A DNA stretch of 64,000 bases from positions 30,029,138-30,093,137 of the forward strand of contig JASCQW010000156.1 in assembly GCA_030264375.1 (NCBI GenBank), written 5' to 3'. This DNA comes from Carcharhinus longimanus (lineage: Eukaryota). The notes beneath the pieces are model-generated. The model made no database searches, was not told where the DNA came from, and worked only from the letters and a program-made list of their open reading frames with translations. Below are positions 12,681 to 25,829 of the stretch, piece after piece. A program made the position numbers and the translations under genes. Within the stretch, counting starts at the first letter, position 1. The number at the start of each line of letters is the position of its first letter.

Positions 12681-13802
12681 ATGGCACTATAAAAATTAGT
12701 TCTCTCCAATCATAAAGAGTTTGGTTTAAAAATGTTGCTTTCCAATTATGGTAATATTATGGTCACTCCACTGAATTNNNNNNNNNNNNNNNNNNNNNNN
12801 NNNNNNNNNNNNNNNNNNNNNNNNNNNNNNNNNNNNNNNNNNNNNNNNNNNNNNNNNNNNNNNNNNNNNNNNNNNNNATGAATTTGGTCAAATTTTTTCT
12901 TGACACTTTTTCAGAACTAGCTATTAAGAAGAAATAACTCATGTTATTTGTTCCAATGATACTAATATACAACTAATTAAGACATTTTATCTAGAGTTGT
13001 TAATTTTTGTTTTGGTTCTCACATGCGGCTGTTTTAGGGAACATATATGTGGTAATGGCAACCTTTACCCTAGTTTTTGGTTTGAATTCTCTGAATTCCA
13101 AATTAATAGCATTTCTATAGAATTAAGCTTAACTATGCTGATCTGTTTTACTTTTATTTTATTACAGAAGACAAAGTATCTACTCATCATAAATGTGCTA
13201 GATATGTCATTGCTTACAAACATATATTCTCCAAAGATTAGTTCCTGATAAGAGAGACCCCACTTATATTTCCTCTTCTGAAGCACAGACTGTGATCATG
13301 TGGGAGCTTACAGGTTCCAGGCAATTAAGGATGAACCTGTTGTTATGTAACTGGAGATGTGTATAATCTTTTCTGGATGAAACGCAGATTCCTTCCCCAA
13401 AAGGATGCAAGTGAATCAGCTGAGTTTCAAGGATAGTCTGACAATTTTGTAGTTGCTTGTTCTTGGGGTTAAGTTATACTAGCTGGTGTAGTTCCACCAA
13501 AAATCCCCTTTATCAACAATGGCCTACTCTGGGTGAACCAAATGGCCTCCTTCTGTACAGTACAATTATATGATTCTGTGTTGTAACAATTGTTCAGTAC
13601 ACTATTCACCCATTCCCATACTATAATTCCTGTTTCGATTGAACTAGGGTGTTAAGACTTACCTCAAGAAGGCACTGCTGTATGAACAGCTGGGCTAATC
13701 CTGGTCCAAATCAAAAATGTGTAGTGTTCTAATTTTCAACATCCATCAGAAATGCCTCATCTACACTGTTAACCCTGTTCATTTCTATTTTCTTGATTGT
13801 AG

Positions 13803-14053
13803 CTGATTACAGCACTAGTGAAATGTTGGTGAATATGGGAAATTTACCATTGGATGAGTTCTACCCAGCTGTTGCTGTGGTAACCCTCATGCGTATTCTG
13901 CGAGACACATCGCTTTCAAATCACCATACAATGGTTGTCCAGGCGGTCACCTTTATTTTCAAATCTTTGGGTTTAAAGTGTGTCCAGTTCCTGCCTCAAG
14001 TCATGCCCACGTTCCTGAATGTCATTCGAGTCTGTGATGCCAATACTCGAGAG
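13803..14053 (+). CDS. MTOR: MTOR coding exon (exon 19 equivalent), 251 nt
   Basis: ttgtAG|CT GAT...GAG|GTaggt; (A)DYSTSEMLVNMGNLPLDEFYPAVAVVTLMRILRDTSLSNHHTMVVQAVTFIFKSLGLKCVQFLPQVMPTFLNVIRVCDANTRE. Confidence 0.97.
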
Positions 14054-15347
14054 GTAGGTTTAGTATGGACCACAATGAGTAGCTAATCTGTAAAAATGTA
14101 ACTTTTAAAAATATTCATACTTCTGTAAGAGGATTGTATTTGAGCTTACTTGGAACTTGAGGAGCAATTTTACTTTTTAAGCTGTACAACAGATTTGAGA
14201 GCCAAAGAATGGAATTCCTTGTATTATGACATATGTAACAATACAGTGATATCCAAACATTACACAGGTATCTTGTGAAATGCATGATCATTAAACCCAT
14301 GATGGTAAAAGGCCTATGTCAAGCAGCTGGGCTATGGAGACAAATGAGGTGTTACTTCAAACCTGTCTTGTGGCTTCCACAGTATGGAAATTGTGTTAGC
14401 ATTCTGAGTGGTTGAGATAAAATGGGCCAGATCAATTTTTGTTTTATATTTCTTCACAGGATTCGGTCTACCCAGTTTAATCTAGTCGCATAGGACAATT
14501 ACTAGACGTTTAACAATGCTCCCTTCCCACCATCCACCTTTTGTCAGCCAAGTCACCTCAATGAGAACAGAGTGAAGAATAATTTGAGGGAACACAGGAT
14601 TAGCTTTTTAATGTGTGCACTCCTTATTTTAATTGGCCCTTGAACTACATCCCTGATACATAGCAGCCGTTGTATACCTGCATTTGTCAAAAGTAATGAC
14701 CTGTGATGACTGTCATGCTATGCTTAAAATGACAGATTTCCTTTTACCATGCAAAAAAAATGCTGCTGCGTTATAACTAAGAGAAATGTCCACCTTATTT
14801 GAACTCTAGGAGATGATTTACTGTGTTCTTTATTCATATAAATAAATGCCACTTTTAAAGCTAACATAAAGGCATGCTAGTAAAAAATCTGAATATTGCA
14901 AAATCTGCAAATAGACCACAAGTATCTCAACATCTGAAAAAAACAGTAAGATTAGTTGTGGGTGTACTGTTTGTCAAATTCCAGTGCCTTCACTGTATTT
15001 CATCATTTTTTAAAATAAAAATGATTTAACTTCTCAATTCCAAGGGCTGGACTGGTTTTAGAATTCATTAAAACAAATTATGTATCTTTAGATCATAGTT
15101 AAAATCTTTGATGTGGATAAATTATGGATTGGTTTTGCTAGCTTGCCAGTAATGTTGTCATTAGTTTAATTTAAACCATGCTGGATAAAATTCTGACGGG
15201 TCCCAGGTCTGTAATTCAACACATTTGAAACAGGCAATCAGCTGGGACTGAGTTTAAGACTTAAAAGTAGAATGTATTCATAGAATGTTATGAGCAAAGC
15301 AGGTTATTACTAAACCATGTGCATAATTGTATATTTCCTTTTGTCAG

Positions 15348-15434
15348 TTCTTGTTCCAGCAGCTGGGAATGCTCGTTTCATTTGTGAAAATTCACATCCG
15401 ACCCTATATGGATGACATATTTGCTTTGATAAAA
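15348..15434 (+). CDS. MTOR: MTOR coding exon (exon 20 equivalent), 87 nt
   Basis: ttgtcAG|TTC...AAA|GTgagt; FLFQQLGMLVSFVKIHIRPYMDDIFALIK. Confidence 0.97.
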
Positions 15435-16414
15435 GTGAGTATTGCAAATGCTTTAACAGTTTGGTCTTGACACTATTGGTCTCCCCTCGATTCTTATTGA
15501 CTTTGAATGTGAGATTGTGAGCTAAGCGTCTCTTTTTAATGCCTGAACCTCTGTGGATTTCATCTACAGTTATCTTTGTTGTTTCCCACAATCCTTTGAG
15601 CAACCAGTTTCTAACTCTGTTATATTCAAAGTAAACAATTTTGGTGCTCCCCTGATCTTTGGATCTTTTAGACCAAGAATGTTGCAGGTTTAAACCTTAT
15701 CCTTTTTGTATCAACCAATCACACTGCCACTCAAACAACGAGGAAATATTGAAATTCCTTTACATGTTTGTTGGAAATTTAAAGATGTTACCTTGGCTGA
15801 GAGTAGGGTGAGGCTTAACTGGTTTGTATCAAGATGTAATGCTTGTTATCAAGGCTCATACAAGAAAAACAGCCAAATGGATGAGATACTGAAGGCACTG
15901 TGCCCCAGAGAAGGATTAAACGCATTGGGGCGATGCTTCTGATAATAAATCTCCCATTCTCTCGTAGTATTAGTGTTCGATAATATTCACATGAAATAAA
16001 ACTTTGAAAAATATAGCATCATCATTCTGTGCATGATTTTAGTGAAAGTAGGGCAGAAGATTCTCATTACTTCTTTAAAACACGAACTACCTTATCTATA
16101 TGCTTGAGATGATATAAATATTTCCTATATTGAAAAATGGTATAAAAATTGCACCCATTTTCTTTCATTGTGTGTGCTCTTGTTCAGTCCTAATGTGATA
16201 AATGTAGTTAGGTTTGGAGCTTGCGGACTGTCAATAATGAATTTGTATATTCTATTATGTTGTTTTATTTTTTGTTAGAAACAAAACTTGCTTCGGATTT
16301 CAGTTTTTGTTTGGTCTTAACTTGGGGATGTGATATGGAAATTTTAAAACAGTAACATGGTATTTGGCATCCAGCATAAACTTGACCATCTATTATTTTT
16401 ATTTGAATAGCATA

Positions 16415-17330
16415 TAGAACCTCAGGTATGCAGATGACACCACACTCATAACCATTACAAAAATGGAAGAGCTAAAGCCTATGGCAAGCCTAGTCAAAAG
16501 ATACTGAGTATTTTGAACTGAACATGAATGAGGTGGAGATCAATGTTACGGCTTAAATGGCAGTGGAAAAGGAGAGATCCATAACGCTGTGAGATAAAGG
16601 CAATGGGCACTTTAAGTATTTTGATTCAATGGTAAATACCATATTTACCAGGTTAAATAAGTTATGACCAGTGACTTAAGCAGCATCTTAAGTTTATTTA
16701 TTAGTCACAAGTAGACTTACGTTAATGCTACAATGAAGTTACTGTGAAAATCCCATAGTCACCACATTCCAGTGCCTGTTTGGGTACACTGAGGGAGAAT
16801 TTAGCGTGGCCAATGCACCTAACCAGCACATCTTTCTGATTATGGGAGGAAACTGGAGCACCCGGAGGAAACTGACGCCGACATGGGGAGAACGTGCAAA
16901 CTACACACAGACAGTGACCCAGACTGGATCCCTGGCACTGTGAGGGAGCAGTGCTAACAGCTGTAGTACCATCTGGAAGTCCAGAAGCATCAGCACGTAG
17001 CTGAAAAAGCATTGAGTACAGTCATTAGTGTGGAGCGTTACATGCGAGAGATGCCAGAGAGAGTGTGAAGAGGGTAACAGTTTTGAAATGTGGGTTTGGA
17101 GGAGGATGCTCTGAATCAGCTGGATGGACAGAAAGACAAAATAGTGGATAAGGTCAAGAGTGGAAGTTCACAAATTGGAAGACTTGCAAAGTACAGTTAG
17201 ATAGAGAAGCATAGCTAAGTATGGACACTGAAGATGAAGCCCCAACAGTCTTGTACTGGCAACGGAGAAATTGAGAGTAAAACAAGAAGAAAAATCAGAT
17301 GAGAATAATATTGAGATGAGGGAGTCTTGA
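16415..17330 (+). mobile_element. decayed RTE-clade LINE fragments (interrupted by SINE)
   Basis: AACCTCAGGTATGCAGATGACACCACACTC = NLRYADDTTL; TTTGAAATGTGGGTTTGGAGGAGGATGCTC = FEMWVWRRML, RTE/BovB-type motifs. Confidence 0.65.
16690..16970 (-). mobile_element. HE1-type SINE, alternative tail, nested in an RTE relic
   Basis: HE1 body plus tail seen on + as AAGTTTATTTATTAGTCACAAGTAG...GAAGTTACTGTGAAAATCCC. Confidence 0.85.
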
Positions 17331-17538
17331 GAAGGCCAGAGTAAGATGATGCCAGTGGCCTCATTAAGGCTATGGTAAAAACAGTCAACAATTCTATGAT
17401 TTCATGATTCCAAAACAGGATAGTGTATGAAAACAGCATCATGATTTCCATGGGTAAATTGTAGTTAACTTCACAATGTCGGACACATCTCAGTAAATAA
17501 TCCAGATACAAACTTGCACTTTGTTTGAATACTGGATG

Positions 17539-17667
17539 ATGTGGATATGCCGGCGTTGGTCTGGGGTAAACACTAAAAAGTCTGACAACACCAGGTTTAA
17601 GTCCAACCGATTTATTATCGGAAATAAATCGGTTGGACTTAAACCTGGTGTTGTCAGACTTTTTACT
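17539..17667. mobile_element. second copy of the hairpin element with target-site duplication
   Basis: perfect 43-bp inverted repeat 17574-17616/17623-17665; same leader ATGTGG.TATGCCGGCGTTGG.CTGG.GTAAACAC; TSD GAATACTGGATG (17527) / GAATGCTGGATG (17668). Confidence 0.8.
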
Positions 17668-18400
17668 GAATGCTGGATGCCAGATGGTTGTGGTGCGACT
17701 CCTGAAATGCTGGAAACTTACAATTGTTGTTAACCCTGCACACTTGTTTTTAATTTAAGGTTAAGACTTAATTGCCATGATGTGCAATACGACAATAATA
17801 TAGCTCCCATATATATGTGAGTTGTATTAAGTGCCGCTCATGACATTTAGACCTGTTTTTCAAAGCCAAATTGTACCTCTGAATAGTACATTAAATATTG
17901 TGGTTATGATTTTTGCCTGTGCTTGCTCTTCCTTGCACTCATAGTGCTTTACACAATCTTCTTTCTCTATGACGTGAAATGAATTCTTTAGTTGAAGAAA
18001 ACCTTCAACTTTCCCTGCTATTGAACTCTATTTTCTTTGTTTAAAGTAGTTTCTATTTTTCTAGTTGTCATATTTTTACATTGCTTTCAATACTAATTGG
18101 TGTTCATTGAAATTCTGTCAGCCAGCATTGAGCCAAGATCTGCATGAAAGTGTGATTTTTTTTTATATTACAAATAAGCTTTTATTATATATGCCATGAG
18201 CTGCCATCTCTATGCTCATTATTGCAGTTTTTTGCTTTTAATTGGTTTTCTGTGGATATTTTCTTGTCATGTGGGGATATTATAGTTTCTCAGGTAGTAT
18301 TAACATTGCATACCAGGTTTGCATCACTGAAAACATGCGTTAATTGTTGAGCAGCTTAGGTAGTAATAATGTTGGAGTCTTTCTGATACCAAGACAGAGA

Positions 18401-18705
18401 CATAGATTCCTACAGTGCAGAAGCAGACCATTCGGTCCATTGAGTCTACACCGACTTTTCGACACAGCACTTCACCCAGACCACATTCCTGTGACCCCGT
18501 GTATTTACACTGTTTTAGCCTACACATCTAGGGACATGAAGGGGTGATTTAGCATAGCCAGTCAATCTAACCTGCACAACTTTGGACTGTGGGAGGAAAC
18601 CCATGCAGATACAAGGACAGTGTGCAAATTCTACACAGTGACCCAAGCTGTGATTTGAACCCAGGTCCTTGGTGCTGTGAGGCAGCAGTTCTAACCACTG
18701 TGCCA
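18401..18705 (-). mobile_element. HE1-type SINE
   Basis: same consensus, CR1-like tail. Confidence 0.85.
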
Positions 18706-18862
18706 AGAAATAAGAATGCAGCAGTAAATTAAAAATACTACGCTACAGTAGAATTTATTTGTAATGAATTTGACCCAAGATAAGCCAATTTCCTGTGTAC
18801 TCTTTTTAAAATGCGTATAAATTTAGATTGTAGCATAATTAGTTATCTTTAAATGTTTCCAG

Positions 18863-19027
18863 GAATATTGNNNNNNNNNNCAAATGCAGAACACCATCAT
18901 CCTAGTTATTGAGCAGATTGTTGTTGCTCTGGGAGGAGAGTTTAAACTTTATCTGCCACAGCTGATTCCTCACATGCTTCGTGTCTTCATGCACGACACC
19001 AGTTCTGGTCGCAGCGTCACAATCAAG
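18863..19027 (+). CDS. MTOR: MTOR coding exon (exon 21 equivalent), interrupted by a 10-N gap
   Basis: ttccAG|GAA TAT TG[N10]CAA ATG CAG...AAG|GTgagt; EY(W)...QMQNTIILVIEQIVVALGGEFKLYLPQLIPHMLRVFMHDTSSGRSVTIK. Confidence 0.95.
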
Positions 19028-20033
19028 GTGAGTCATTTGGAGTTTTGATAGCGTAAACTAATGGAGTTGGTCTTTTGTTACTGAAATAATCCAAACCAAA
19101 GCATCCTATTCTCAGCATTTTGTTTAACACTTTGAAAGTCTTCAAAATTTACTAAGTTGCCAAACTCTGCCTGCTATTGTTCTGTAACCCAAAAATGTGT
19201 TTGAAAACTTAACAGATTTAGGAAAGCGGTTGGAAGTTGACTCTGATGCTTTGCAGCACATTCTCTAATAACTAATGACTCTGTTTTTCAAGTGATGCAG
19301 CATAAAAAGATGGTGACAAACAAAACAAATTACAACACAAGGTTGGCAGCCCACATAATAGTTAATTAAATTCATTTGTCACTTAGTTTTAAACCCCCAT
19401 TGTAATTAATTGACTGTTGACTATAAAGAAATTAGGTAAAATAGTTCCAGTTAAAGATGAGTATATTAACACCTCCATGCTGCACAAGCTACTCAGAATT
19501 TGTGTGATTGTACTGGTATTGATACCAGTCCAGTCAAATTTGCCTTTCTAATAAAGTTGTTACCAGCTTCTAACCTAGTGCATTTAAAAATATGCACTTT
19601 CTTAGAAGTAGGAAAGTACTTGCTTGTCGTAATCATAATCTATTAGTCACTGTTTATCACACTATTGATGACAAGGAATTGAATGTCCACTAAACTGACT
19701 GTGTTGCCAGATTACACATGCTCTGCGTTATATGCCATCACTGGATGTCTCTCTTTCTATTGAAGTTAAGGATTTGGATGAATAATAAAATGTGTCTGCA
19801 ATGCTCAGTAGTATCCCATGATGACGACAATTTAGTAGTTAGCTTTAATTAGTAATGCTAAGTAATTATATATTCCTACATAATATTTTATTTCTAAATG
19901 CGTAATGCACCTGGCTAAGTGTGTTCCATTCCATTTGAAGTTATCTTTATTCAGTCAGTCTTGCAGTTCAAGGCAAAATTAAAATTTAAATACTTTTATT
20001 TTAAGTTTCTCTTCCTATATACTTTTTTTGCAG

Positions 20034-20146
20034 TTACTAAATGCAATACAGCTTTTTGGAGCAAACCTGGATGATTATCTGCATCTTCTGCTTCCTCCAA
20101 TTGTCAAGCTATTTGATGGACAGGAAGTGCCACTCGGACCTAGAAA
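20034..20146 (+). CDS. MTOR: MTOR coding exon (exon 22 equivalent), 113 nt
   Basis: tttgcAG|TTA...AGA AA|GTaaga; LLNAIQLFGANLDDYLHLLLPPIVKLFDGQEVPLGPR(K). Confidence 0.97.
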
Positions 20147-20581
20147 GTAAGATCCATATTTTCAGTTTGATATTTTCTGTCGACCCTTCAAAAATAAGTC
20201 TTAATATCCTGCCAGTAGTATCCACAATTTGTTTCTTCTTTAAAAGTAGTGCAAATGCATTTTTTTGAGGGTTTCACAAAAAATTCATAATTACCTTAGA
20301 TTTTAAGTGGATTGGTTCTTTTCAAACCTGATTTCAGCTTTGTAAAGCGAATTATCAATTCACATATTGAGATCAGCTGGAGTTAACGGCTTTGGGTTGG
20401 GTGGGTGTGAATTGGGGATGGGGGAACATCTCTGTTTTTTATATATAACAAAACCATCGATCTGTAATTTGCATCAAAATAACACTGAGGCTGATAGCAA
20501 TACAGCTAAGAGTCTTTTTCATCTATAGTTCCTTCTTGAGCTGATTGTTCAAATCAAACATTTGGAAACAATGCATAGCTT

Positions 20582-22522
20582 GTGGAGGAATTATACTTGA
20601 GTCCAATCAAAAAGAAAAAAGAGGCACACGTAAGGTCCAGGCAGCTAAAAACAGATGAAGCACAAGAGGAATACAGAAAAAGTAGGAAGGAACCCAAACA
20701 GGGAGTTAGAAAGGCAAAAAGGGGTCACGAAATGTTCTTGGCAGACAGAATTAAGGAGAATCCCAAGGCATTTTATACATACGATAGGAACAAGAGGGTT
20801 GTCAGAGAAAGAGTCAGACCTCTCAAGAACAAAGGAGAGGAATTATGCTTAGAACCCAAGAAAGTAGGTGAGATCCTCAATGAATACTTTGCATCAGTAT
20901 TCACAAAGGAGAGGGACACGTTGATTGGTAGTGTCTCAGAGGGATGTGTAAACCCCTTAGAACAAATCACAATTACAAGGGAGGAAGTGTTAGGTGTTTT
21001 AGGAAGCATTAAGGTAGACAAATCCTCAGGGCCACATGACATCTGTCCTAGATTACTGAAAGACACAAGAGATGAAATTGCTGGGCCTCTAACAGAAATC
21101 TCTGTTTCTTCATTGGACACAGGTGAGGTCCCAGAGGAATGGAGGATAGCAAGTGTGGTCCCGTTATTTAAGAAGGGCAGCAAGGATAACCCGGGTAATT
21201 ATAGGCCAGTATGCTTGACATCCATGGTAGGGAAATTATTGGGGAAGATTCTTAGAGATAGGGTCTATACACATTTAGAACTGAATAGTCTCATTAGCAA
21301 TAGACAACATAGTTTTGTACGAGGGAGGTCATGCCTCACAAATTTAGTTGAGTTTTTTGAGGAGGTGACAATAATGATTGATGAGGGAAGGGCCTCATTT
21401 GACATTTGACAAGGTCCCTCATGGCAGGCTGGTGTAAAAGGTTAAATCTCATGGGATCAAAGATGAACTAGCTAGATGGCTACAGAACTGGCTTGGCCAT
21501 AGAAGACAGGGGGTAACAGTGAAGGGGTCTTTTTCTGATTGGAGACCTGTGGCTAGTGGTGTTCTGCAGGGCTCTGTACTGGGACCTCTGCTGTTTGTGA
21601 TACATATATACATGATTTGGAAGATGTAGCTGGTCTGATTAGTAAGTTTGCGGATGACACAAAGATTGCTGGAGTTGCGAATAATGATGAACATTGTCAG
21701 AGAATACAGCAGGATATAAATAGGCTGGAAAATTGGGCAGAGGAATGGCAGATGGAATTTAATCCAGATAAATGTGAAGTGATGGAGTTTGGTAGATCTA
21801 ATGCAAAGGGGAGCTATACAATAAATGGCAGAACCATCAGGAGTATAGACACATAGAGGGATCTGAGTGTGCAAGTCCACAGATCCTGAAAAGTGGCAGC
21901 ACGGTAGAAAAGGTGGTGAAGAAGGCATATGGCATGTTTGCCTTTACTGGACGGAGCATAGAGTATAAGAGTTGACATGTGATGTTGCATGTATACAGAA
22001 CGTTATTCGGCTACATCTGGAATACTGTGTTCAGTTCTGGACACCAGACTACTACTAGAAGGACATGGAGGCTTTGGAGAGAGTGCAGAAAAGGTTTACC
22101 AGGATATTGCCTGGTATGGAGGGTATTAGCTATGAGGTGAAATTGAGTAAGCTAAGGTTGTTCTCTCTGGAAAGACAGAGGTTGACCTAATAGAAGTTTA
22201 TAAAATTATGAAGGGCATAGATAGAGTGAACAGTTGGAAGCTTTTTCCCAGGTCAGAAATNNNNNNNNNNNNNNNNNNNNNNNNNNNNNNNNNNNNNNNN
22301 NNNNNNNNNNNNNNGGGATGTATTTTACACAGAGGGTGGTGGGGGCCTGGAATGCATTCGTAAGATGGTTGAGGCAGACACACTAGAATCATTTAAGACT
22401 TATCTAGATAGCCACATGGACAGACTGGGAATAGAGGATACAAATCGATAGTAAGTTAGGAGCACATGATCGGTGCAGACTTGGAAGGCCAAAGGGCCTG
22501 TTCCTGTGCTGTATTGTTCTTT
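20582..22522 (+). mobile_element. 5'-truncated CR1 LINE, ORF2 reverse transcriptase pseudogene
   Basis: ORFs 20582-21409 (LNEYFASVFTKE, VVPLFKKG..DNPGNYRPV.LTS, GRSCLTNL.EFFEEVT) and 21617-21856 (ISKFADDTK); broken by stops and frameshifts; CR1 3' tail. Confidence 0.93.
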
Positions 22523-22685
22523 GGATATGGTATCTGAACATAGTGAGAAATTTATTGAAAGCCTACAGTGTAGTAAAATAGTAGTCCCTATGTACATGTA
22601 GTTAGCTTAGCCAAATATTCCCATGGCTCGAGGGAGGAAGGACAAAAGGCTGATCATGCATCTGTCTTATTTCTTAACATACAAG

Positions 22686-22848
22686 GGTTGCCCTGGAGAC
22701 TCTGGATCGCCTGACAGAATCCCTAGACTTCACAGACTATGCCTCAAGGATTATTCATCCGATAGTGCGAACGCTTGACTGTACTCCAGAATTGCGTCAG
22801 ACTGCAATGGACACACTTTCTTCATTGGTATTTCAACTTGGAAAAAAG
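22686..22848 (+). CDS. MTOR: MTOR coding exon (exon 23 equivalent), 163 nt
   Basis: acaAG|G GTT...AAG|GTgaaa; VALETLDRLTESLDFTDYASRIIHPIVRTLDCTPELRQTAMDTLSSLVFQLGKK; phase 2 start matches previous exon. Confidence 0.96.
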
Positions 22849-22989
22849 GTGAAAGAAAATTACTTGCATATGGTTTCCTTACCATTATAGGCTTGAATAT
22901 TTATATGGTAATTGTTATAGCTCACAAAGTCACGTACGTTTCCAGTGCATTTTAGGTTCTCGGGTATGTGAATTCTGTTCCGAGGACCT

Positions 22990-23170
22990 GGTTAAATGCA
23001 GACTCTTCACCTGAGTCTGGGATTTAAATCCAGTTGAGAGTAATGTGTCAGAAGTATTTACGTTCTGGTATCTGTGAGGACTATATATTAAATGAGTTTG
23101 GCCAATCTCAACCCAGTTGCTAATACGCATGAACCAATAACAAAAGATTGCCTTAATTTGGCAATCTTGT
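22990..23170 (+). mobile_element. LF-SINE-like ancient repeat fragment
   Basis: CTCTTCACCT...TGGGATTTAAATCCAG, GGACTATATATTAAATGAGTT..TCTCAACCCAGTTGCTA and CAAAA...AATTTGGCA resemble colinear blocks of the recalled LF-SINE consensus. Confidence 0.45.
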
Positions 23171-23257
23171 TCAGAGAAATAAGAGCATTGGGTGGTGGTG
23201 GAGGGTCTACCGTTTGAGCAGAATGTTTTGCAGAGCACTTCATTTTGGGTTCTGTTA

Positions 23258-23796
23258 ATCATAGAATCCCTACAATGCAACAGGATGCCATTCGGCCCAT
23301 CAAGTCTGCACCGACCACAATCCCACCCAGATCCTATTCACGTAACCTCACGCATTTACCCAGATAACCCCCTGACACTCGGTTCAATTTAGCACGGCCA
23401 ATCAACCTAACCGGCACATCTTGGGAGTATGGGAGGAAACTGGAGCATCCGGAGGAAACTCACGCGAACACTGGGAGAATGTGCAAACTCCACAACTGAC
23501 CTGAAGCTGGAATTGAACCTGGGTCCCTGTGGCACTGTGATGCAACTGTGCCATTGTGTTGCCTTAAGAAAGAAGCCAATTGGCCCATCGAGCCTGCACC
23601 GAAAACAATCTCACCCAGGCCCTATCCACCCAAACTACATATTCTGGCACTAAGGGGCAATCCACTTAACCTGCACATTTTTGGACTGTGGAGGAAACCC
23701 ATGCAGACACTGGAAGTATGTGCAAACTCCACACAGTCAGCCAGCCAAGGCCAGAATTGAACCCGGGTCCCTTGCACCGTGAAGCAGCAGTGCTAA
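23258..23796 (-). mobile_element. two tandem HE1-type SINE copies (about 23258-23560 and 23568-23796)
   Basis: two successive GGCCCATC..CTGCACCG...GGAGGAAAC...TGCAAACTCCACA...GAATTGAACC.GGGTCCCT blocks. Confidence 0.85.
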
Positions 23797-25594
23797 TCTC
23801 AGGCTCAAATTTTGCGTCTTCTGTAGTTCAGGACACAGGACACCTGGGTATGTTGCTGCAATTGTACACTGAAACCCACTGTCATTATTATGATGACAAA
23901 ATGAAGAACCACAAACTCAACCAGAGTTATGCTTAACTCGACACTAGCCCTTATTGCTTAGTATTTCGGTAATATGTCCTATTCTGTTGCAATCATGTCC
24001 CTTGTTTTGAAGAGAACAAATCTCAAAAAAAAGGAAACTATAATTATCAAGCAATTGGGTATTCAACTTCACCACTGAAATTCTGGTTCAGTCTGTGCTG
24101 TGTGATCATAGTGCCAAAGTTTAACAAAGCAAGCTAGTCTTTCAGCTAAAACAAATCATTGCAGTGGTGGAACACCTCAGGATATGATCTGCCAATCTGT
24201 GCAAACTCGTTTTCTGTCTTTGGCCTGTTCGTACGCCGAACATCTTATTTGCCTTTGAATTTCCTTATTTGAAGTTGAATATTTCATATGGGCTTGAGCC
24301 AAGAGTTGCTGATCATAATTTAGAAATATTTTAATTGACATATGGTTGAAGGTGGAATGAAAGACTATTAGTTTTGTCAGGTTTACTTATAAATGCTATT
24401 CTCATCACCACCAGAATCTGCATTTATATATGACCTAAGTGTCCATAGAAGAACAATGAATGGTAGGTTTCGATCTAAGTATTGTACATAAGTAGGCAGG
24501 AAGGAGTGACTAAACTGTAATCTAATCAGGCATTCAAATAGTCTCCTAACTACACAAGAGCATCTTGCATAGGTTATAAATGTCACTGAATTCCCCTCCT
24601 CTCTTCCACATTAGAATTACAACCTTTGAAATCATTCCATTTTATTACTGATTATGTGGAATGGAAGTTGATTAAATGTTGCCAAAATTTCAAGTTGCTG
24701 GTTTTGGGCTGTGGTTCTGTCTCTGGAAGGACTTCAGGTGTGTTTCCTTTCAGTAGCTGGCAATTTTTAGGATGGCACTAAGAGTGTTTTATACGCTTCT
24801 AACTAAAAATTCAAAATGGCAGATTCTTTGCTATGATACAGCCCATTGTGTGCTGTGGTTTTCTGTAATAGACTGAGTGCTGAGAGTAGGAACTTGAGGC
24901 AATCATAGGCACTAAATGTTGTGCTGGCAGTCGTGTAGATTTACAGGGCGATAATGTGGTATGCATTTCAAAAGAATTGTCTTATATACACTGCACGCAA
25001 TGTGTTTTGCATGCTTGTATGCTTTTTAATGGTTTGGAAATACAGCTGAATTGTTCTGTCAAGTACAATGGGGACAGTTAAATCTGTCACAGAATGATAA
25101 GTAATTCATCAATATTCATGATTACCACCTGAAGGCCAGCTATGTTGTGAATTTTTTTAATGTTGGTTTTGTTAGTTTATTTTAAGGTTTTCTGTTGTCA
25201 GCTCTGCGGTTTTTCTAACTTGGTGAAAAATTGCTTGTTTTCCTGATTTTGGATTTTGAGTGAGCACTGGATGCAATAACACAGTAAGAACAATATTCGG
25301 CCTGGTTATCTAGCAATTAGACTTATTTGGGACACTTGAGGATGGAAAGAAAATGCTTTAAATCCTGAGAATGGATCCCTTCTACACTTTCTCCATTGAC
25401 TTGATATTCATACTAAGAGTATCCCAACTTGCCACATTTTCCTTTTTAAGTAGAATTGTACTGAGAGAAAAGTATTCTAAATTAACTACATTGCTTGTAT
25501 ACAACAAAAACTGAAATTAGATCAGTTGTTTCTAAAGGCCGGTGCAAGATGTTGATAGTATTTATCATTTCAGTTTTACTGTTGATATTAACAT

Positions 25595-25762
25595 AACAGA
25601 AACTGAAAATGCTGGAAAATCTCAGCAGATTTGACACCATCTGTGGAGAAGGAATTGCTCTATTTTCTCTCCACAGATGCCGTCAGACCAACTGAGATTA
25701 TTTTTCAGCAATTTTTGTTTTTTGTTTCGGATTCCAGCGTCTGCAGTATTTTGCTTTTATCT
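25595..25762. repeat. second Penelope-type palindromic repeat family
   Basis: GAAAATGCTGGAAAATCTCAG..TGACACCATCTGTGGAGA / TCTCCACAGATGCCGTCAGA..CTGAGAT..TTCAGCA inverted arms; older copies near 9180, 14890, 37640, 39130, 59530. Confidence 0.7.
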
Positions 25763-25829
25763 CACTGTTGATGTTGGCAAGGAGAGAGGAGGAATTAAAC
25801 AATTGAATGATTGAGGGGGCTGAGGTGGT

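Noticed and set aside
20582-21409. 275-aa ORF as a host gene or active reverse transcriptase
   Set aside because: Fragment of CR1 ORF2, 5'-truncated and followed by stops and frameshifts
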